Below, in pieces: positions 53,401 to 64,000 of a DNA stretch of 64,000 bases. The notes below the pieces were generated by a model. The model was not told where the DNA came from. It worked only from the letters and a program-made list of their open reading frames with translations, and did not search any database. Source of the stretch: Eledone cirrhosa (taxonomy: Eukaryota); NCBI GenBank assembly GCA_964016885.1, contig OZ024744.1, positions 27,218,001 through 27,282,000 on the forward strand, read 5' to 3'. Each line of letters opens with the position of its first letter. Positions within the stretch are counted from its first letter, which is position 1. The translations under genes and the position numbers were made by a program.

Positions 53401-56400
53401 TCCACTGCTACGGCTAGGCATCTCAGTGCATGTGGTGGTAAGAAGGGAGGTAACCTTAGGGCCAGGGACACCAGAAGTCTCCACTATTACGGCTAGGCAT
53501 CTCAGTGCATGTGGTGGTAAGGAGGGAGATAACCTTAGGGCCAAGGACACCAGAAGTCTCCACTGTTACGGCTAGGCATCTCAGTGCATGTGGTGGTAAG
53601 AAGGGAGGTAACATTAGGGCCAGGGACACCAGAAGTCTCCACTGCTACGGCTAGGCATCTCAGTGCATGTGGTGGTCAGAAGGAAGTAACCTTAGGGCCA
53701 GGGACACCAGAAGTCTCCACTGCTACGGCTAGACATGTCAGTGCATGTGGTGGTAAGAAGGGAGGTAACCTTAGGTCCAGGGACACCAGAAGTCTCCACT
53801 GCTACGGCTAGGCATCTCAGTGCATGTGGTGGTAAGAAGGGAGGTAACCTTAGGGCCAAGGACACCAGAAGTCTCCACTGTTACGGCTAGGCATGTCAGT
53901 GCATGTGGTGGTAAGAAGGGAGGTAACCTTAGGTCCAGGGACACCAGAAGTTTCCACTGCTACGGCTAGGCATCTCAGTTCATGTGGTGGTAAGAAGGGA
54001 GGTAACCTTAGGGCCAAGGACACCAGAAGTCTCCACTGTTACGGCTAGGCATCTCAGTGCATGTGGTGGTAAGAAGGGAGGTAACCTTAGGGTCAAGGAC
54101 ACCAGAAGTCTCCACTGTTACGGCTAGGCATCTCACTTCATGTGGTGGTAAGAAGGGAGGTAACCTTAGGGCCAAGGACACCAGAAGTATCCACTGCTAC
54201 GGCAGGGCATCTCAGTGCATGTGGTGGTAAGAAGGGAGGTAACCTTAGGGCCAAGGACACCAGAAGTCTCCACTGCTACGGCTAGGCATCTCAGTGCATA
54301 TGGTGGTAAGAAGGGAGGTAACCTTAGTGCCAGGGACACAAGAAGTCTCCACTGTTACGGCTAGGCATGTCAGTGCATGTGGTGGTAAGAAGGGAGGTAA
54401 CCTTAGGTCCAAGGACACCAAAAGTCTCCACTGTTACGGCTAGGCATCTCAGTGCATGTGGTGGTAAGAAGGGAGGTAACCTTAGGGCCAGGGACACCAG
54501 AATACTCCACTGCTACGGCTAGGCATCTCAGTGCATGTGGTGGTAAGAAGGGAGGTAACCTTAGGGCCAAGGACACCAGAAGTCTCCACTGTTACGGCTA
54601 GGCATGTCAGTGCATGTGGTGGTAAGAAGGGAGGTAACCTTAGGGCCAGGGACACCAGAAGTCTCCACTGCTACGGCTAGGCATCTCAGTGCATGTGGTG
54701 GTAAGAAGGGAGGTAACCTTAGGTCCAGGGACACCAGAAGTTTCCACTGCTACGGCTAGGCATCTCAGTTCATGTGGTGTTAAGAAGGGAGGTAACCTTA
54801 GGGCCAAGGACACCAGAAGTCTCCACTGTTACGGCTAGGCATCTCAGTGCATGTGGTGGTAAGAAGGGAGGTAACCTTAGGGCCAGGGACACCAGAAGTC
54901 TCCACTGCTACGGCTAGGCATCTCAGTGCATGTGGTGGTAAGAAGGGAGGTAACCTTAGGGCGAGGGACACCAGAAGTCTACACTGTTACGGCTAGGCAT
55001 ATCAGTGCATGTGGTGGTAAGAAGGGAGGTAACCTTAGGGCCACGGACACCAGAAGACTCCACTGTTACGGCTAGGCATCTCAGTGCATGTGGTGGTAAG
55101 AAGGGAGGTAACCTTAGAGCCAGGGACACCAGAAGTCTCCACTGTTACGGCTAGGCATCTCACTTCATGTGGTGGTAAGAAGGGAGGTAACCTTAGGGCC
55201 AAGGACACCAGAAGTCTCCACTGCTACGGCTAGGCATCTCAGTGCATGTGTTGGTAAAGAGGGAGGTAACCTTAGGTCCAGGGACACCAGACGTCTCCAC
55301 TGCTACGGCTAGGCACCTCAGTGCATGTGGTGGTAAGAAGGGAGGTAACCTTAGGGCCAGGGACACTAGAAGTTTCCACTGCTACGGCTAGGCATCTTAG
55401 TGCATGTGGTGGTAAGAAGGGAGGTAAACTTAGGGCCAGGGACACCAGAAGTCTCCACTGTTACGGCTAGGCATGTCAGTGCATGTGGTGGTAAGAAGGG
55501 AGGTAACCTTAGGTCCAAGGACACCAGAAGTCTCCACTGTTACGGCTAGGCATCTCAGTGCATGTGGTGGTAAGAAGGGAGGTAACCTTAGGGCCAGGGA
55601 CACCAGAAGACTCCAGTGCTACGGCTAGGCATCTCAGTGCATGTGGTGGTAAGAAGGGAGGTAACCTTAGGGCCAAGGACACCAGATGTCTCCACTGTTA
55701 CGGCTAGGCATGTCAGTGCATGTGGTGGTAAGAAGGGAGGGAACCTTAGGTCCAGGGACACCAGAAGTCTCCACTGCTACGGCTAGGCATCTCAGTGCAT
55801 GTGGTGGTAAGAAGGGAGGTAACCTTAGGTTCAGGGACACCAGAAGTTTCCACTGCTACGGCTAGGCATCTCAGTTCATGTGGTGGTAAGAAGGGAGGTA
55901 ACCTTAGGGCCAAGGACACCATAAGTCTCCACTGTTACGGCTAGGCATCTCAGTGCATGTGGTGGTAAGAAGGGAGGTAACCTTAGGGCCAAGGACACCA
56001 GAAGTCTCCACTGTTACGGCTAGGCATCTCAGTGCATGTGGTGGTAAGAATGGAGGTAACCTTAGGGCCAGGGACACCAGAAGTCTCCACTGTTACGGCT
56101 AGGCATCTCAGTGCATGTTGTGGTAAGGAGGGAGATAAACTTAGGGCCAAGGAGACCAGAAGTCTCCACTGTTACGGCTAGGCATCTCCGTGCATGTGGT
56201 GGTAAGAAGGGAGGTAACCTTAGGGCCAGGGACAGCAGAAGTCTACACTGTTACGGCTAGGCATATCAGTGCATGTGGTGGTAAGAAGGGAGGTAACCTT
56301 AGGGCCAGGGACACCAGAAGACTCCACTGTTACGACTAGGCATCTCAGTGCATGTGGTGGTAAGAAGGGAGGTAACCTTAGGGCCAGGGACACCAGAAGT

Positions 56401-59400
56401 CTCCACTGTTACGGCTAGGCATCTCACTTCATGTGGTGGTAATAAGGGAGGTAACCTTAGGGCCAAGGACACCAGAAGTCTCCACTGCTACGGCTAGGCA
56501 TCTCAGTGCATGTGGTGGTAAGAAGGGAGTTAACCTTAGGGCCAAGGACACCAGAAGTCACCACTGCTACGACTAGGCATCTCAGTGCATGTGGTGGTAA
56601 GAAGGGAGGTAACCTTAGGGCCAGGGACAGCAGAAGTCTCCACTGCTACGGCTAGGCATCTCAGTGCATGTGGTGGTAAGAAGGGAGGTAACCTTAGGGC
56701 CAGGGACACCAGAAGTCTACAATGTTACGGCTAGGCATATCAGTGCATGTGGTGGTAAGAAGGGAGGTAACCTTAGGGCCACGGACACCAGAAGACTCCA
56801 CTGTTACGGCTAGGCATCTCAGTGCATGTGGTGGTAAGAAGCGAGGTAACCTTAGAGCCAGGGACACCAGAAGTCTCCACTGTTACGGCTAGGCATCTCA
56901 CTTCATGTGGTGGTAAGAAGGGAGGTAACCTTAGGGCCAAGGACACCAGAAGTCTCCACTGGTACGGCTAGGCATCTCAGTGCATGTGGTGGTAAGAAGG
57001 GAGGTAACCTTAGGGCCAAGGACACCAGAAGTCACCACTGCTACGACTAGGCATCTCAGTGCATGTGGTGGTAAGAAGGGAGGTAACCTTAGGGCCAGGG
57101 ACACCAGAAGACTCCACTGTTACGGCTAGGCATCTCAGTGCATGTGGTGGTAAAGAGGGAGGTAACCTTAGGGCCAGGGACACCAGACGTCTCCACTGCT
57201 ACGGCTAGGCATCTCAGTGCATGTGGTGGTAAGAAGGGAGGTAACCATAGGGCCAGGGACACCAGAAGTTTCCACTGCTACGGCTAGGCATCTCAGTGCA
57301 TGTGGTGGTAAGAAGGGAGGTAAACTTAGGGCCAGGGACACCAGAAGTCTCCACTGTTACGGCTAGGCATGTCAGTGCATGTGGTGGTAAGAAGGGAGGT
57401 AACCTTCGGTCCAAGGACACCAGAAGTCTCCACTGTTACGGCTAGGCATCTCAGTGCATGTGGTGGTAAGGAGGGAGATAACCTTAGGGCCAAGGACACC
57501 AGAAGTCTCCACTGTTACGGCTAGGCATCTCAGTGCATGTGGTGGTAAGAAGGGAGGTAACATTAGGGCCAGGGACACCAGAAGTCTCCACTGCTACGGC
57601 TAGGCATCTCAGTGCATGTGGTGGTCAGAAGGAAGTAACCTTAGGGCCAGGGACACCAGAAGTCTCCACTGCTACGGCTAGGCATGTCAGTGCATGTGGT
57701 GGTAAGAAGGGAGGTAACCTTAGGTCCAGGGACACCAGAAGTCTCCACTGCTACGGCTAGGCATCTCAGTGCATGTGGTGGTAAGAAGGGAGGTAACCTT
57801 AGGGCCAAGGACACCAGAAGTCTCCACTGTTACGGCTAGGCATGTCAGTGCATGTGGTGGTAAGAAGGGAGGTAACCTTAGGTCCAGGGACACCAGAAGT
57901 TTCCACTGATACGGCTAGGCATCTCAGTTCATGTGGTGGTAAGAAGGGAGGTAACCTTAGGGCCAAGGACACCAGAAGTCTCCACTGTTACGGCTAGGCA
58001 TCTCAGTGCATGTGGTGGTAAGAGGGAGGTAACCTTAGGGTCAAGGACACCAGAAGTCTCCACTGTTACGGCTAGGCATCTCACTTCATGTGGTGGTAAG
58101 AAGGGAGGTAACCTTAGGGCCAAGGACACCAGAAGTATCCACTGCTACGGCTAGGCATCTCAGTGCATGTGGTGGTAAGAAGGGAGGTAACCTTAGGGCC
58201 AAGGACAACAGAAGTCTCCACTGCTACGGCTAGGCATCTCAGTGCATGTGGTGGTAAGAAGGGAGGTAACCTTAGTGCCAGGGACACAAGAAGTCTCCAC
58301 TGTTACGGCTAGGCATGTCAGTGAATGTGGTGGTAAGAAGGGAGGTAACCTTAGGTCCAGGGACACCAGAAGTTTCCACTGCTACGGCTAGGCATCTCAG
58401 TTCATGTGGTGGTAAGAAGGGAGGTAACCTTAGGGCCAAGGACACCAGAAGTCTCCACTGTTATGGCTAGGCATCTCAGTGCATGTGGTGGTAAGAAGGG
58501 AGGTAACCTTAGGGTCAAGGACACCAGAAGTCTCCACTGTTACGGCTAGGCATCTCACTTCATGTGGTGGTAAGAAGGGAGGTAACCTTAGGGCCAAGGA
58601 CACCAGAAGTATCCACTGCTACGGCTAGGCATATCAGTGCATGTGGTGGTAAGAAGGGAGGTAACCTTAGGGCCAAGGACACCAGAAGTCTCCACTGCTA
58701 CGGCTAGGCATCTCAGTGCATGTGGTGGTAAGAAGGGAGGTAACCTTAGTGCCAGGGACACAAGAAGTCTCCACTGTTACGGCTAGGCATGTCAGTGCAT
58801 GTGGTGGTAAGAAGGGAGGTAACCATAGGGCCAGGGACACCAGAAGTTTCCACTGCTACGGCTAGGCATCTCAGTGCATGTGGTGGTAAGAAGGGAGGTA
58901 AACTTAGGGCCAGGGACACCAGAAGACTCCACTGTTACGGCTAGGCATCTCAGTGCATGTGGTGGTAAGAAGGGAGGTAACCTTAGGGCCAGGGACACCA
59001 GAAGTCTCCACTGTTACGGCTAGGCATCTCACTTCATGTGGTGGTAAGAAGGGAGGTAACCTTAGGGCCAAGGACACCAGAAGTGTCCACTGCTACGGCT
59101 AGGCATCTCAGTGCATGTGGTGGTAAGAAGGGAGGTAACCTTAGGGCCAAGGACACCAGAAGTGTCCACTGCTACGGCTAGGCATCTCAGTGCATGTGGT
59201 GGTAAGAAGGGAGGTAACCTTAGGGCCAGGGACACCAGAAGTCTCCACTGCTACGGCTAGGCATCTCAGTACATGTGGTGGTAAGAAGGGAGGTAAACTT
59301 AGGGCCAGGGACACCAGAAGTCTCCACTGTTACGGCTAGGCATGTCAGTGCATGTGGTGGTAAGAAGGGAGGTAACCTTAGGTCCAAGGACCCCAGAAGT

Positions 59401-60989
59401 CTCCACTGTTACGGCTAGGCATCTCAGTGCATGTGGTGGTAAGAAGGGAGGTAACCTTAGGGCCAGGGACACCAGAAGTCTCCACTGTTACGGCTAGGCA
59501 TCTCAGTGCATGTGGTGGTAAGGAGGGAGATAACCTTAGGGCCAAGGACACCAGAAGTCTCCACTGTTACGGCTAGGCATCTCAGTGCATGTGGTGGTAA
59601 GAATGGAGGTAACCTTAGGGCCAGGGACACCAGAAGTCTCCACTGTTACGGCTAGGCATCTCAGTGCATGTGGTGGTAAGAAGGAAGTAACCTTAGGGCC
59701 AGGGACACCAGAAGTCTCCACTGCTACGGCTAGGCATGTCAGTGCATGTGGTGGTAAGAAGGGAGGTAACCTTAGGTCCAGGGACACCAGAAGTCTCCAC
59801 TGCTACGGCTAGGCATCTCAGTTCATATGGTGGTAAGAAGGGAGGTAACCTTAGGGCCAAGGACACCAGAAGTCTCCACTGCTACGGCTAGGCATCTCAG
59901 TGCATGTGGTGGTAAGAAGGGAGGTAACCTTAGGGCCAGGCACAGCAGAAGTCTCCACTGCTACGGCTAGGCATCTCAGTGCATGTGGTGTTAAGAAGGG
60001 AGGTAACCTTAGGGCCAGGGACACCAGAAGTCTACACTGTTACGGCTAGGCATATCAGTGTATGTGGTGGTAAGAAGGGAGGTAACCTTTGAGCCAGGGA
60101 CACCAGACGACTCCACTGTTACGGCTAGGCATCTCAGTATATGTGGTGGTAAGAAGGGAGGTAACCTTAGGGCCAGGGACACCAGAAGTCTCCACTATTA
60201 CGGCTAGGCATCTCACTTCATGTGGTGGTAAGAAGGGAGGTAACCTTAGAGCCAAGGACACCAGAAGTCTCCACTGCTACGGCTAGGCATCTCAGTGCAT
60301 GTGGTGGTAAGAAGGGAGGTAACCTTAGGGCCAAGGACACCAGAAGTCTCCACTGCTACGGCTAGGCATCTCAGTCCATGTGGTGGTAAGAAGGGAGGTA
60401 ACCTTAGGCCCAGGGACACCAGAAGACTCCACTGTTACGGCTAGGCATCTCAGTGCATGTGGTGGTAAAGTGGGAGGTAACCTTAGGGCCAGGGATACCA
60501 GACGTCTCCACTGCTACGGCTAGGCATCTCAGTGCATGTGGTGGTAAGAAGGGAGGTAACCTTAGGGCCAGGGACACCAGAAGTCTCCACTGCTACGGCT
60601 AGGCATCTCAGTGCATGTGGTGGTAAGAAGGGAGGTAAACTTAGGGCCAGGGACACCAGAAGTCTCCACTGTTACGGCTAGGCATGTCAGTGCATGTGGT
60701 GGTAAGAAGGGAGGTAACCTTAGGTCCAAGGACCCCAGAAGTCTCCACTGTTACGGCTAGGCATCTCAGTGCATGTGGTGGTAAGAAGGGAGGTAACCTT
60801 AGGGCCAGGGACACCAGAAGACTCCACTGCTACGGCTAGGCATCTCAGTGCATGTGGTGGTAAGAAGGGAGGTAACCTTAGGGCCAGGGACACCAGAAGT
60901 CTCCACTATTACGGCTAGGCATCTTAGTGCATGTGGTGGTAAGGAGGGAGATAACCTTAGGGCCAAGGACACCAGAAGTCTCCACTGTT

Positions 60990-62740
60990 ACGGCTAGGCA
61001 TCTCAGTGCATGTGGTGGTAAGAAGGGAGGTAACATTAGGGCCAGGGACACCAGAAGTCTCCACTGCTACGGCTAGGCATCTCAGTGCATGTGGTGGTCA
61101 GAAGGAAGTAACCTTAGGGCCAGGGACACCAGAAGTCTCCACTGCTACGGCTAGGCATGTCAGTGCATGTGGTGGTAAGAAGGGAGGTAACCTTAGGTCC
61201 AGGGACACAAGAAGTCTCCACTGCTACGGCTAGGCATCTCAGTGCATGTGGTGGTAAGAAGGGAGGTAACCTTAGGGCCAAGGACACCAGAAGTCTCCAC
61301 TGTTACGGCTAGGCATGTCAGTGCATGTGGTGGTAAGAAGGGAGGTAACCTTAGGTCCAGGGACACCAGAAGTTTCCACTGCTACGGCTAGGCATCTCAG
61401 TTCATGTGGTGGTAAGAAGGGAGGTAACCTTAGGGCCAAGGACACCAGAAGTCTCCACTGTTACGGCTAGGCATCTCAGTGCATGTGGTGGTAAGAAGGG
61501 AGGTAACCTTAGGGTCAAGGAGACCAGAAGTCTCCACTGTTACGGCTAGGCATCTCACTTCATGTGGTGGTAAGAAGGGAGGTAACCTTAGGGCCAAGGA
61601 CACCAGAAGTATCCACTGCTACGGCTAGGCATCTCAGTGCATGTGGTGGTAAGAAGGGAGGTAACCTTAGGGCCAAGGACACCAGAAGTCTCCACTGCTA
61701 CGGCTAGGCATCTCAGTGCATGTGGTGGTAAGAAGGGAGGTAACCTTAGTGCCAGGGACACAAGAAGTCTCCACTGTTACGGCTAGGCATGTCAGTGCAT
61801 GTGGTGGTAAGAAGGGAGGTAACCTTAGGTCCAAGGACACCAAAAGTCTCCACTGTTACGGCTAGGCATCTCAGTGCATGTGGTGGTAAGAAGGGAGGTA
61901 ACATTAGGGCCAGGGACACCAGAAGTCTCCACTGCTACGGCTAGGCATCTCAGTGCATGTGGTGGTCAGAAGGAAGTAACCTTAGGGCCAGGGACACCAG
62001 AAGTCTCCACTGCTACGGCTAGGCATGTCAGTGCATGTGGTGGTAAGAAGGGAGGTAACCTTAGGTCCAGGGACACCAGAAGTCTCCACTGCTACGGCTA
62101 GGCATCTCAGTGCATGTGGTGGTAAGAAGGGAGGTAACCTTAGGGCCAAGGACACCAGAAGTCTCCACTGTTACGGCTAGGCATGTCAGTGCATGTGGTG
62201 GTAAGAAGGGAGGTAACCTTAGGTCCAGGGACACCAGAAGTTTCCACTGCTACGGCTAGGCATCTCAGTTCATGTGGTGGTAAGAAGGGAGGTAACCTTA
62301 GGGCCAAGGACACCAGAAGTCTCCACTGTCACGGCTAGGCATCTCAGTGCATGTGGTGGTAAGAAGGGAGGTAACCTTAGGGTCAAGGACACCAGAAGTC
62401 TCCACTGTTACGGCTAGGCATCTCACTTCATGTGGTGGTAAGAAGGGAGGTAACCTTAGGGCCAAGGACACCAGAAGTATCCACTGCTACGGCTAGGCAT
62501 CTCAGTGCATGTGGTGGTAAGAAGGGAGGTAACCTTAGGGCCAAGGACACCAGAAGTCTCCACTGCTACGGCTAGGCATCTCAGTGCATGTGGTGGTAAG
62601 AAGGGAGGTAACCTTAGTGCCAGGGACACAAGAAGTCTCCACTGTTACGGCTAGGCATGTCAGTGCATGTGGTGGTAAGAAGGGAGGTAACCTTAGGTCC
62701 AAGGACACCAAAAGTCTCCACTGTTACGGCTAGGCATCTC
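60990..62740 (+). repeat. Tandem duplication of an 868-bp (11-monomer) block
   Basis: Identical ORFs at 61006 and 61874. The AACATTAGG, GGTCAGAAGGAAG and CCAAAAGTC markers are repeated. Confidence 0.88.
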
Positions 62741-64000
62741 AGTGCATGTGGTGGTAAGAAGGGAGGTAACCTTAGGGCCAGGGACACCAGAATACTCCAC
62801 TGCTACGGCTAGGCATCTCAGTGCATGTGGTGGTAAGAAGGGAGGTAACCTTAGGGCCAAGGACACCAGAAGTCTCCACTGTTACGGCTAGGCATGTCAG
62901 TGCATGTGGTGGTAAGAAGGGAGGTAACCTTAGGGCCAGGGACACCAGAAGTCTCCACTGCTACGGCTAGGCATCTCAGTGCATGTGGTGGTAAGAAGGG
63001 AGGTAACCTTAGGTCCAGGGACACCAGAAGTTTCCACTGCTACCGCTAGGCATCTCAGTTCATGTGGTGGTAAGAAGGGAGGTAACCTTAGGGCCAAGGA
63101 CACCAGAAGTCTCCACTGTTACGGCTAGGCATCTCAGTGCATGTGGTGGTAAGAAGGGAGGTAACCTTAGGGCCAGGGACAGCAGAAGTCTCCACTGCTA
63201 CGGCTAGGCATCTCAGTGCATGTGGTGGTAAGAAGGGAGGTAACCTTAGGGCGAGGGACACCAGAAGTCTACACTGTTACGGCTAGGCATATCAGTGCAT
63301 GTGGTGGTAAGAAGGGAGGTAACCTTAGGGCCACGGACACCAGAAGACTCCACTGTTACGGCTAGGCATCTCAGTGCATGTGGTGGTAAGAAGGGAGGTA
63401 ACCTTAGAGCCAGGGACACCAGAAGTCTCCACTGTTACGGCTAGGCATCTCACTTCATGTGGTGGTAAGAAGGGAGGTAACCTTAGGGCCAAGGACACCA
63501 GAAGTCTCCACTGCTACGGCTAGGCATCTCAGTGCATGTGTTGGTAAAGAGGGAGGTAACCTTAGGGCCAGGGACACCAGACGTCTCCACTGCTACGGCT
63601 AGGCACCTTAGTGCATGTGGTGGTAAGAAGGGAGGTAACCTTAGGGCCAGGGACACTAGAAGTTTCCACTGCTACGGCTAGGCATCTTAGTGCATGTGGT
63701 GGTAAGAAGGGAGGTAAACTTAGGGCCAGGGACACCAGAAGTCTCCACTGTTACGGCTAGGCATGTCAGTGCATGTGGTGGTAAGAAGGGAGGTAACCTT
63801 AGGTCCAAGGACACCAGAAGTCTCCACTGTTACGGCTAGGCATCTCAGTGCATGTGGTGGTAAGAAGGGAGGTAACCTTAGGGCCAGGGACACCAGAAGA
63901 CTCCAGTGCTACGGCTAGGCATCTCAGTGCTTGTGGTGGTAAGAAGGGAGGTAACCTTAGGGCCAAGGACACCAGATGTCTCCACTGTTACGGCTAGGCA

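Larger units (their letters stand above)
1..64000 (+). repeat. Satellite DNA: continuous tandem array of a 79-bp monomer (~810 copies), running off both window ends
   Basis: The same 79-nt unit (AGGGAGGTAACCTTAGGGCCAGGGACACCAGAAGTCTCCACTGTTACGGCTAGGCATCTCAGTGCATGTGGTGGTAAGA) recurs head-to-tail from base 1 to 64000. Most monomers differ from consensus at only a few positions. No intervening unique sequence or inversion was seen. Confidence 0.99.
42400..64000 (+). repeat. Three related copies of a very large block (offsets 9396 and 7422 bp; 119 and 94 monomers)
   Basis: ORF triplets 42718/52114/59536, 43237/52633/60055 and 44188/53584/61006. Shared rare variants include AGTGTATG, AGTATATG, AGTCCATG, GGATACCAGACG, TAGTGCC+CACAAG, CCAAAAGTC, GAATACTC and GGCACCT. 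Confidence 0.9.

Noticed and set aside
172-62101. About 120 short ORFs (61-109 aa) on both strands with repetitive peptides such as EVTLGPGTPEVSTATARHLSACGG and LPPHALRCLAV
   Set aside because: They are translations of the satellite. 79 is not a multiple of 3, so every frame meets a stop within about two monomers. The listed ORFs arise only where a 78-bp monomer or a point change removes a stop or adds a start. There is no long ORF, so this is not a mucin-like or repeat-protein gene.
1-64000. CRISPR array or other repeat-spacer system
   Set aside because: There are no unique spacers: the whole 79-bp unit is repeated with only point variation. No cas or other genes are present.
1-64000. CENP-B box (NTTCGNNNNANNCGGGN)
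   Set aside because: The consensus has a single CpG and no TTCG...CGGG pairing. The rare CTTCGG variants (~13145, 50770, 57405) lack the downstream CGGG.
1-64000. Tandem tRNA, 5S, snRNA or snoRNA gene cluster (unit length is tRNA-sized)
   Set aside because: There is no cloverleaf, no GTTCRA B-box/T-loop, no oligo-T Pol III terminator and no C/D box pair in the consensus.
1-64000. Assignment to a named ~79-bp satellite from a particular species
   Set aside because: A matching monomer length alone is not evidence. I cannot verify sequence identity without a database search.

Overview
The whole 64-kb window is one uninterrupted head-to-tail tandem array (satellite DNA) of a 79-bp monomer, about 810 copies, all in the same orientation. 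The consensus read from the sequence is AGGGAGGTAACCTTAGGGCCA(G/A)GGACACCAGAAGTCTCCACTG(T/C)TACGGCTAGGCAT(C/G)TCAGTGCATGTGGTGGTAAGA. It is about 54% GC, G-rich on the + strand, and has one CpG and one TTAGGG per monomer. I found no genes, RNA genes, transposon insertions, CRISPR spacers or unique sequence. Every ORF in the track is a translation of the repeat, extended wherever a 1-bp deletion (78 bp = 26 codons) or a point change removes a stop codon. The informative structure lies in the monomer variants. They show nested, variable-length higher-order duplications (offsets of about 6, 11, 14, 17-18, 21-22, 28-48, 84, 94 and 119 monomers) and two variant domains that meet near 29.9 kb. This architecture is typical of eukaryotic centromeric, pericentromeric or subtelomeric satellite, but I cannot name the family or organism. 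All coordinates and offsets were read by eye or taken from the ORF track, so boundaries are accurate only to about one or two monomers.
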